Source: Elusimicrobiota bacterium
Lineage (GTDB): Bacteria > Elusimicrobiota > UBA8919
Direction: 5' to 3'
Assembly: GCA_016218625.1 (NCBI GenBank)
Contig: JACRDL010000045.1
Location: 1 to 63,799 of the forward strand
DNA length: 63,799 bases
Every line of letters starts with the position of its first letter. Positions within the stretch are counted from its first letter, which is position 1. A program made the translations under genes and the position numbers. Positions 43,083-49,448 of the stretch are shown here, piece after piece. The notes beneath the pieces are model-generated. The model did not search any database and was not told where the DNA came from. It worked only from the letters and a program-made list of their open reading frames with translations.

Positions 43083-44522
43083 ATGAAACTAAAATCGGGA
43101 AGTGGGAAGTGGTTTGTAGCGGGCGAATTGCTATTCGCCATATTTTGTGGGATAGCAATCCCACCGCTACTCCCTACTCCCTGTCTTTACGCTCAAAAAG
43201 AATCAAAGACATCAATTGAAACCAAAATTGCCATTGAATCAAGCATGGAGAACCGTCTGAAAAAGGTCCTGACCGAAATAACCGGCACCGAAAAAATCGT
43301 CATCATAGTAAATGTCCAGTTGATGAGCGAAAAAAAGGAAAAAGCGCCTGCTAAAAAAGAGGATGAAATGTTTCTTCCCGGAGTTCCCATAAAAGAAACA
43401 CTTGCCGAAAAAAAGGTTGAGTCGGTTATGATGTCCGCACTTGGCGACGACACCAGGACGCTCATCAAAAAACTTTCGGTCACTATTATACTTGATAAAT
43501 CCGTATCTTCCGCAGTGGTTGAAATAGTAAAAAAAGTTTCATCGGGCCTTCTGGGGATTGAACCGGAGAGAGGCGATGAACTTAAAATTGAGCAGATGAG
43601 TTTTCATAAAGATATTTTTTCGTGGAGTTCGCTTATTTATCCGCCGAATATCTACTGGATTTTTGCTGTCTTGGCAGCACTCGGCTTTACCTTAACGATT
43701 TCACTGTTTTTGTTCGGACCTTTCCAGAAATTTGCCAAAGACCTTGTTTCTGCGGCTGTCAGTTCGGCGTCATCATTTAAGGAAAAGACATCGGAAGCAT
43801 CAGGCGGCTTTGCGACTGGTGCGGCAATTCCGGAAATAGCCGCCCCGGCGGAAACAAGAAAGGAACTTACGGCTTCCGGCAAAGAGCCGCTTTTTTCGTT
43901 TGTCAATTCCGAGAACATAAAGGAACTTGTTTATCTTCTCAAAAACGAATCAGCAAAAAATATAGCAATCGTTATGAACTATCTGACATCGGAATTATCA
44001 GCCCGAATTTTTACCGAGCTCCCGAAGGATATAAAGAAAGATGTCGTCGGTTTTTTGTCCAAGGTGGAGGAACTTACTCCGTCGGAGGTTGAAAAATTAG
44101 AAAACCATCTTAAAATAAAAATTGATTTTCTTTCAGGCGGAGAGGAAAAAATACGGGATATTGTAAATAATGCCGACGAGAAACTTCAAGGCGAAATTAT
44201 TTCCGAACTAAAAACCAAAGACCCGAACCTTGCCCAAAAAATTGAAAAATCAATCGTTCGTATTGACATTCTTTCTTCTATGGATGTGTCTGGTTTGCAA
44301 CTTTTAATAAAACAGGCGGGGACTGCCGTATTCGGACAGATACTGAAAGTTTTGCCCGCCGAGCAGCAGGAAAAAGTGTTTTCCGTTTTGCCGGCCGGAG
44401 CCGCTACCCGCTTGAAACAGGAAATGGAATTGGGAAAATCAATAACACCCCAGCGGCTTGAAATTGAGAAAAAAAGAATGCTGGATATTATTCGTAGGAT
44501 GAAAGAGAGAGGACTGATATGA
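43083..44522 (+). CDS. FliF-like ring domain / TM / FliG-like (middle plus C-terminal domains) fusion protein
   Basis: GGGAGGG Shine-Dalgarno. Periplasmic MENRLKKVLTEITGTEKIVIIVNVQL and KKLSVTIILD...PERGDELKIEQMSF are YscJ/FliF-like. TM helix YWIFAVLAALGFTLTISLFLF. The cytoplasmic half aligns by eye with FliG_M/FliG_C. Confidence 0.65.
   Translation: MKLKSGSGKWFVAGELLFAIFCGIAIPPLLPTPCLYAQKESKTSIETKIAIESSMENRLKKVLTEITGTEKIVIIVNVQLMSEKKEKAPAKKEDEMFLPGVPIKETLAEKKVESVMMSALGDDTRTLIKKLSVTIILDKSVSSAVVEIVKKVSSGLLGIEPERGDELKIEQMSFHKDIFSWSSLIYPPNIYWIFAVLAALGFTLTISLFLFGPFQKFAKDLVSAAVSSASSFKEKTSEASGGFATGAAIPEIAAPAETRKELTASGKEPLFSFVNSENIKELVYLLKNESAKNIAIVMNYLTSELSARIFTELPKDIKKDVVGFLSKVEELTPSEVEKLENHLKIKIDFLSGGEEKIRDIVNNADEKLQGEIISELKTKDPNLAQKIEKSIVRIDILSSMDVSGLQLLIKQAGTAVFGQILKVLPAEQQEKVFSVLPAGAATRLKQEMELGKSITPQRLEIEKKRMLDIIRRMKERGLI
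43098..43183. repeat. GGGAAGT-word arms enclosing a 55-nt three-way-junction palindrome (inside the signal-peptide coding region)
   Basis: GTAGCGG (43116-22) pairs with CCGCTAC (43164-70). They enclose hairpins GCGAAT-tgct-ATTCGC and GTGGGAT-agca-ATCCCAC. Confidence 0.8.
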
Positions 44523-44733
44523 CCACAGAACAGACACGGAAGCCCCCGCTTAAAGCGGGGGACACGGAACAAACACGGAACTGGTGCGGAATGTCATTGC
44601 GAGGAGTGAATGAAATGAACGACGAAGCAATCTCATGGGATTGCCACGGGACTTTGTCCCTCGCAATGACAACTTCGTTGTCAGTTTAGTGTCAGTTCTG
44701 TGTACAAGTTCCGCTTCAGTTCCGTGTAAGGAG
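44523..44733. repeat. composite element: CACGGAAC-word arms, a GC hairpin, and a nested GTCATTGCGAGG palindrome
   Basis: GCCCCCGCT-taa-AGCGGGGG (44541-61). GTCATTGCGAGG...CCTCGCAATGAC (44593-44670). Right arm GTTCCGCTTCAGTTCCGTG. Confidence 0.8.
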
Positions 44734-44743
44734 CGTAGCGACT

Positions 44744-45517
44744 ATGGATTTAATGACTTTATGCGGGTTTCTTATCGGCGGCGGTGCCGTCTATTATGTA
44801 ATGGTTCAGGGAAATATTGTAAATCTTCTTTTAGACCTTAACGCCGCAATACTTGTATTCGGCGGCACGCTCGGCGCTGCACTGATTACATATCCATGGA
44901 AAATAGTAAAAATTATTCCGAAAGCGATAACGATGATGATTTTTCCGCCCAAAAGGATAAGCAACGATACGGCTGTAAAAACTATTGTTTCGCTTGCCGA
45001 AAAATCAAAGCGGGAAGGAATTGAAAAGTTGCAGGAAGAAATTCCAAAATTAGAAACACCGTTTTTAAGGGATGCTCTGCAGATGGTTGTTGACGGTTTG
45101 GAGACGGAAATTATCAAGGAAAAACTTGAAAAGGAACTTTCGCTTGTCCGCCAGCGTCACCATCAGGTTTCATCAATTTTTCGTTCAATGGGAGCGTATT
45201 CGCCTATTTTCGGACTGTTGGGAACGCTGATTGGTGTCGTTCAGGTTTTAAGAAATCTTTCAGATGCCCAATCAATGGGCGCTGCAATGGCTATCGCGGT
45301 GACCACGACATTTTACGGAATTTTCGGCGCCAATTTTTTATTTTTACCGATAGCGGGAAAACTTACCATTTATTCCGAGGATGAAATTACGCTGAAAGAA
45401 CTTCTTGCGCGGGGCGTTTTATCAATTCAAAAAGGAGATGTCCCTGTTTTAATTCAGACGAAACTTGAAGCATTTCTGGCGTATAAGTTGCGTGGAAAAG
45501 AAGGAGAGAAAAAGTAA
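44744..45517 (+). CDS. motA: flagellar-type stator protein MotA/PomA
   Basis: 257 aa, 4 TM helices, a cytoplasmic charged loop, and conserved prolines in AYSPIFGLLGT and LFLPIAGKL. AAGGAG Shine-Dalgarno. Confidence 0.85.
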   Translation: MDLMTLCGFLIGGGAVYYVMVQGNIVNLLLDLNAAILVFGGTLGAALITYPWKIVKIIPKAITMMIFPPKRISNDTAVKTIVSLAEKSKREGIEKLQEEIPKLETPFLRDALQMVVDGLETEIIKEKLEKELSLVRQRHHQVSSIFRSMGAYSPIFGLLGTLIGVVQVLRNLSDAQSMGAAMAIAVTTTFYGIFGANFLFLPIAGKLTIYSEDEITLKELLARGVLSIQKGDVPVLIQTKLEAFLAYKLRGKEGEKK

Positions 45518-45584
45518 GCAGTAAGCAGTGAGTTAGGGAAGTCAAAATCCTCACTCACTTACTCACTTACTCACTGTTTTTTTT
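45513..45584 (+). terminator. terminator-like word-hairpin plus T8 between motA and motB
   Basis: AGTAAGCAGTAAGCAGTGAGTTAGGG pairs imperfectly with CCTCACTCACTTACTCACTTACTCACT. A T8 run (45577-84) follows, abutting ATG 45585. Confidence 0.5.
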
Positions 45585-46241
45585 ATGGCTCAACGAAGAG
45601 AAACAGATTCTCAGGAAGGTAATATCTGGACAACCGTATATTCGGATATGGTGACCAATCTCATGCTTTTTTTTCTGATGCTATACGGCTTGACTCGAAT
45701 GTCAGCCGATATGCGCAGCGATATCACAAAAGGGCTTGAAAAAAAATTCCGCGGCGCAACCTCTGCGGAAGTCCGTGCGGAAAAGGTGGTAAAAAAATTC
45801 ACCGAAGAAGAAACCGCCTCAAAGGTCAGCGATCTTGCTCAAAGCGAAAAATCGGAATATACATCCGTTGAAATAAACGAGAAACAAATCAAAATTATTC
45901 TTAATTCCCCTGTGCTTTTTTCACCCGGAAGCGCCGAGTTGCCCGATGCAACAAAAATCGCGCTGAATGATGTGGCAAGAATTATTAAACCCGTTCCCAA
46001 TACGATAATAATAGAAGGGCACACCGATGATATGCCGATTTCCAGAGGGCAATACTCAACAAACTGGGAACTTTCCGTGGCGCGGGCTTACAGCGTTATT
46101 GAATATTTCGTCAAAATTAAAAATATTCCTGCCGGCAGGTTTGTCGCGGCGGGTTACGGCGAGTTTAAAGCGATTGCGGGAAACGAAACCGAAGAGGGCA
46201 GGGCAAGAAACAGAAGGATTGAAATTGTGATGGTACGGTGA
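45585..46241 (+). CDS. motB: stator protein MotB (OmpA-like peptidoglycan-binding C-terminus)
   Basis: NIWTTVYSDMVTNLMLFF carries the channel Asp (D21, 45645-47). IIEGHTDDMPI...RARNRRIEIVM is the OmpA domain. Confidence 0.8.
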   Translation: MAQRRETDSQEGNIWTTVYSDMVTNLMLFFLMLYGLTRMSADMRSDITKGLEKKFRGATSAEVRAEKVVKKFTEEETASKVSDLAQSEKSEYTSVEINEKQIKIILNSPVLFSPGSAELPDATKIALNDVARIIKPVPNTIIIEGHTDDMPISRGQYSTNWELSVARAYSVIEYFVKIKNIPAGRFVAAGYGEFKAIAGNETEEGRARNRRIEIVMVR

Positions 46242-46242
46242 G

Positions 46243-46291
46243 GAACACGGAACTGACGCGGAATGAAGGAACACGGAACTGACACGGAATT
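46243..46291. repeat. CACGGAAC-word left arm flanking the GxxExxY gene
   Basis: GGAACACGGAACTGACGCGGAATGAAGGAACACGGAACTGACACGGAA. Complementary to 46667-46712. Confidence 0.8.
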
Positions 46292-46666
46292 ATGAGCAAA
46301 CTTTTATATGAGAGCGAGTCATATATTATTCGCGGTGTGGCATATGATATCTACAAGAAATTCAGGAATAGACATAAGGAAAAAGTTTATCAGAGTGCTT
46401 TTTATTATGGTCTTGTAAATAAGGGACTTAAAACGGAAAAAGAAAAAAGAATTGAGGTGAATTTTGATGGCAGAAAAGTCGGGACATATATACCGGATTT
46501 AATTGTGGAAGATAAACTTATGATAGAACTCAAAGTTAAACCGGAAATAACATCCGAAGATATAAAACAGTTCTGGTATTATCTTAAAAATTCAGGATAT
46601 AAAGTAGGTTTTCTAATAAATTTTGGCAGGTCTGATGGAATTAGAATAATCCGCAGAGTTCATTAA
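46292..46666 (+). CDS. GxxExxY-family (PD-(D/E)XK-like) protein
   Basis: 124 aa. EKVYQSAFYYGLVNKGL, YIPDLIVEDKLMIELK and GFLINFG match the GxxExxY family pattern. Confidence 0.75.
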   Translation: MSKLLYESESYIIRGVAYDIYKKFRNRHKEKVYQSAFYYGLVNKGLKTEKEKRIEVNFDGRKVGTYIPDLIVEDKLMIELKVKPEITSEDIKQFWYYLKNSGYKVGFLINFGRSDGIRIIRRVH

Positions 46667-46712
46667 AGTTCCGCTTCTGTTCCGTGTATAAGTTCCGTGT
46701 CAGTTCAGTGGT
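46667..46712. repeat. GTTCCGTG-word right arm flanking the GxxExxY gene
   Basis: AGTTCCGCTTCTGTTCCGTGTATAAGTTCCGTGTCAGTTCAGTGG. TTCCGTGTCAGTTC is the exact complement of GAACTGACACGGAA upstream. Confidence 0.8.
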
Positions 46713-46716
46713 ATTT

Positions 46717-47475
46717 ATGGATAAAGATTATTTTCAGGAAGACAGTGATATAATTGCGGCGATTGAAGGCGGCGAGGATTCGCAGAAAACTTCAAAACCC
46801 GAAGGTGAAAAATCCGAAAGTGAACATCGCGATCATTTTATTTCCACTGATTCATGGGTAATTCCATATGCCAATCTTATGACGATTTTGATGATTTTCT
46901 TTATGATACTTTATGCTTATGCCATTTTGTACGGCGGCGGCGCCCGATATGAAAAAGCAATGGCATCTATTCAGAAAGGCGTTGCTACGGGTAGCGAACA
47001 GTTAAAAAAAATAGAAACGCTTGAAAAAGAGGCGAATGCCGGAACGCAGATGGAGGATTTCATCAAGGAAAAAAATCTTTCCGAATATGCAAAGGTAGAA
47101 ACAAACGCCCAGAGAATAAAAATTTCTCTGTCAAATCCGATATTGTTTGACAGCGGTTCCGCGGAACTTAAAAGTGCCGCAACTCCTGCATTAAAAGAAA
47201 TAGCCCAGTTAATTCTCACTATGGAAAATCCGATTATTGTTGAAGGACACACCGACGATGTTCCTATTTCTTCGGCGAAATACCGTTCCAATTTTGAACT
47301 TTCTGCCGCGCGGGCGTTCAGCGTTATAAATTATTTCATCAACATTGAAAAAATATCCCCGGAAAGATTTTCCACATTCGGTTACGGCGAATACAGGCCG
47401 GTCGTCTCAAATGATACCGAAGAAAACCGTGCAAAAAACAGAAGAATTGAGATTAACATTATAAGAAAAACATGA
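46717..47475 (+). CDS. MotB paralog with Asn in place of the channel Asp
   Basis: SWVIPYANLMTILMIFF (N53, AAT 46873-75). IVEGHTDDVPI...RAKNRRIEINI is the OmpA domain. ATG 46717 is preferred. Confidence 0.75.
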   Translation: MDKDYFQEDSDIIAAIEGGEDSQKTSKPEGEKSESEHRDHFISTDSWVIPYANLMTILMIFFMILYAYAILYGGGARYEKAMASIQKGVATGSEQLKKIETLEKEANAGTQMEDFIKEKNLSEYAKVETNAQRIKISLSNPILFDSGSAELKSAATPALKEIAQLILTMENPIIVEGHTDDVPISSAKYRSNFELSAARAFSVINYFINIEKISPERFSTFGYGEYRPVVSNDTEENRAKNRRIEINIIRKT

Positions 47476-48392
47476 AAAAAGAATCGTTGATACGGTTATA
47501 TGCTTATATGCTGATACGATTTTTACATATCATCGTATTACCGTATTACCGTATTACTGTAGTTGTTTTACTACTTATCACCGTATCATCTTATCACCGT
47601 ATCACCTGCCTTTATGCACAGGAAATTTCCACTCTCTATCAGGATGCGATGACGGCGTTTTACAAAAAGGACTACAAAAAAGCGATTTCACTCTGGGAAG
47701 AGGTATTAAAAGTTGACCCAAGGCAAAAAAATCCGCAGAAACTTATAGAGATGGCTCGCTCAAAAATGGCGGAGAATATAAAGCCGCTCACCGACGAATT
47801 CAACAAATTTTTGGAAAGGGGCGAATACCTTCAATCAGTGGAAAAACTGGACCAACTTCTGGAACTTGACCCTACAAATCCAACTTGGCAGAGTTACAGA
47901 GAAAAACTTCAGAAGTTCACGGTGAATGTTGCACCGTCAATTACGGAGAAGGGAAAAATCCCTCAACTTTTAAGAAAAAGCGTCAACAGTTATTTAGGCA
48001 GAGAAAAAGACGACCGTATTGCCGTTCTTGCCTCCCGTTACGCGTGGCAACTTGAAAAATCAAATAAACTTTCTGAAAAGGTTTTTCTTTTTATGGACAA
48101 GGAGTTCTCGGTGGTCGCCCGGATTGAGGTTATTGACAGGGTGAAGACCGTTGTTGAGCAGAAGCAGGATACGATTTTGGATGCGATTTACGACGGTAAA
48201 TACGAATACGCCAAAATGGAATGCGAACTGGTAATATCAATTGAGCCGGAGAATGCTCTCGCTTGGAAACGGCTCGGCTCGGTGTATTATGCTCTCGGAA
48301 AAAGAACTGATGCAAAGGCGTGCTGGCAGGAAGCGATGAGAATTGCACCCGATGACTCCGAAACAAAAAAATTTTTACAGAAAATCAAGTGA
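47472..48392 (+). CDS. secreted TPR-repeat protein
   Basis: Leader ends CLYAQ. TPR units (AFYKKDYKKAISLWEEVLKVDP; AWKRLGSVYYALGKRTDAKACWQEAMRIAP). ATGA overlap with upstream. Confidence 0.65.
   Translation: MKKESLIRLYAYMLIRFLHIIVLPYYRITVVVLLLITVSSYHRITCLYAQEISTLYQDAMTAFYKKDYKKAISLWEEVLKVDPRQKNPQKLIEMARSKMAENIKPLTDEFNKFLERGEYLQSVEKLDQLLELDPTNPTWQSYREKLQKFTVNVAPSITEKGKIPQLLRKSVNSYLGREKDDRIAVLASRYAWQLEKSNKLSEKVFLFMDKEFSVVARIEVIDRVKTVVEQKQDTILDAIYDGKYEYAKMECELVISIEPENALAWKRLGSVYYALGKRTDAKACWQEAMRIAPDDSETKKFLQKIK
47487..47608. repeat. GATACGG/GTATTACC-word palindromic repeats encoding the leader peptide
   Basis: Shares TGATACGGTTATA (direct) and ACGGTGATAAGATGATACG (inverted, 47582-47600) with the leader of ORF 41042. 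Confidence 0.85.
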
Positions 48393-48420
48393 AAGACAAT
48401 TAAGAATTGATTTTTTTAGA

Positions 48421-48520
48421 GTATCGGAATTTGAAAAGCGCCACAGAACCACACAGAAACAACACAGAAAGAAACAAGAAAAAACTTCTGTGAAATTCTG
48501 TGACATTCTGTGGCTTATCT
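48421..48520. repeat. CACAGAA-word hairpin, paralog of 31421-31510
   Basis: GTATCGGAATTTGAAAAGCGCCACAGAACCACACAGAAA...TTCTGTGAAATTCTGTGACATTCTGTGGCTTATC. Confidence 0.85.
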
Positions 48521-48521
48521 T

Positions 48522-49016
48522 ATGGATTACATTCAGATTTTTGATGAATTGAATAAGGAAGAGATTGAATATCTGGTTGTCGGCGGACTGGCTTTGAATT
48601 TGCTGGGCATTCCGAGAGCGACATATGATATTGACCTGCTTTTAGAGTTATCATCGCACAACCTTATAAAGTTTTTGTCTTTGGTAAAAAAGTGGGGATT
48701 TAAACCTAAGGTTCCGGTAAGCATTATGGATTTTGCTGAGAAAGAAAAAAGAGACGGCTGGATAAAAAAGAAAAATATGAAAGCGTTCTGTCTGGTAAAT
48801 CCCGATTGGGCATTATCGGAAATTGACATTATTATTGATACACCGGTAACATACAATTTAGCGGCAAAAGATGCTAAACATATCAAAATCGGCACTGCTC
48901 CCGCTGTTTCCGTTCCGGTTATTTCAGTGAATAATCTTATAAAAATGAAACAAAAAACCGCCAGGCAGCAGGACAAAGCGGATATAAGATATTTAAGGAA
49001 ACTGCAAGATGTCTAA
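48522..49016 (+). CDS. nucleotidyltransferase-fold protein (possible toxin-antitoxin component)
   Basis: YLVVGGLALNLLGIPRATYDIDLLL and the C-terminal KQKTARQQDKADIRYL resemble uncharacterised nucleotidyltransferase families. Confidence 0.45.
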   Translation: MDYIQIFDELNKEEIEYLVVGGLALNLLGIPRATYDIDLLLELSSHNLIKFLSLVKKWGFKPKVPVSIMDFAEKEKRDGWIKKKNMKAFCLVNPDWALSEIDIIIDTPVTYNLAAKDAKHIKIGTAPAVSVPVISVNNLIKMKQKTARQQDKADIRYLRKLQDV

Positions 49017-49191
49017 AAAATTTAAAGAGTGCGGATTTAATTACTATCTTTCCAAAGAAAGGATAGAAGAATATCGGAAAAAACCGCCGGTGAAACGGCT
49101 TCTCTGGTTGTATCAGTTGAACCTTTTCCGTGCGAAATATCCGCAGAGCATTAGAAAAATCCAGGACAGGTTTCGAAGCGGAGAGTTATAA
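49009..49191 (+). CDS. small hypothetical protein overlapping the upstream nucleotidyltransferase gene
   Basis: 60-aa ORF with an 8-nt overlap. No family recognised. Confidence 0.3.
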   Translation: MSKKFKECGFNYYLSKERIEEYRKKPPVKRLLWLYQLNLFRAKYPQSIRKIQDRFRSGEL

Positions 49192-49216
49192 AAATCGCTA
49201 TGTGCAAAAAATCACA

Positions 49217-49245
49217 TTGACAAGATTGCAAAAATAGTTTATACT
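49217..49245 (+). promoter_or_regulatory. candidate sigma70 promoter TTGACA-N17-TATACT
   Basis: TTGACA 49217-22, a 17-nt spacer, then TATACT 49240-45. Same hexamers as the candidate at 20653. Confidence 0.45.
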
Positions 49246-49248
49246 TTT

Positions 49249-49335
49249 GGTAGTCGCAGGGTTTCCTGCTAATGTAGCTGCAGAGCGAAGCTCTGCTTGT
49301 GTTGTAGTCGCAGACCCTCGGTCTGCTGATGTAAA
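49249..49335. repeat. array of three (T)GTAG-hairpin modules
   Basis: GCAGG-gttt-CCTGC, GCAGAGC-gaa-GCTCTGC and GCAGACC-ctc-GGTCTGC. Each is preceded by (T)GTAG(T/C). Confidence 0.8.
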
Positions 49336-49358
49336 GCAAATATGAGCGATATAAGTAT

Positions 49359-49389
49359 TATGAAAATCAGAACCGTCCCGATAATTTCC
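49359..49389. repeat. 31-nt direct repeat, copy 1 (upstream of the MNT/HEPN pair)
   Basis: TATGAAAATCAGAACCGTCCCGATAATTTCC. Matches 50170-50200 at 30 of 31 positions. Confidence 0.9.
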
Positions 49390-49448
49390 TTGTCATGCAT
49401 TTTCATGGATGACGGGAAACTGTTTTTAAGAATAAAGGAATAGTTCGT

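Noticed and set aside
43116-43170. tRNA-like gene (7-bp closing stem with internal hairpins)
   Set aside because: It has only two internal arms, both with 4-nt loops. There are no D-loop or T-loop consensus sequences and no anticodon loop. It lies inside a well-supported CDS with a strong Shine-Dalgarno sequence.
44635-44841. 68-aa ORF (MGLPRDFVPRNDNFVVS...) between the FliF/G fusion and motA
   Set aside because: It is encoded almost entirely by the GTCATTGCGAGG palindrome and the GTTCCGTG word arm, and it overlaps the motA start. This is the typical spurious ORF produced by a repeat element.
44744-47475. Zorya-type anti-phage system (ZorAB), or a Tol/Ton energiser, instead of Mot-type stators
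   Set aside because: The A subunit is short (257 aa) and lacks the long ZorA C-terminal tail, and no ZorC/D-like genes are present. The B subunits carry OmpA-like peptidoglycan-binding domains, unlike ExbD/TolR, and no TonB/TolA is adjacent. The FliG-like partner favours a Mot-type interpretation.
49009-49191. Calling 48522-49191 a defined toxin-antitoxin or defence pair
   Set aside because: The nucleotidyltransferase-fold assignment is by eye and the 60-aa partner has no recognisable family. It is kept as a low-confidence CDS only.
49249-49335. CRISPR array interpretation of the hairpin arrays (also 63521-63628 and the word repeats)
   Set aside because: There is no constant direct repeat alternating with unique spacers of regular length. 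The stems differ between units, spacing is irregular, and there are no cas genes in the window.
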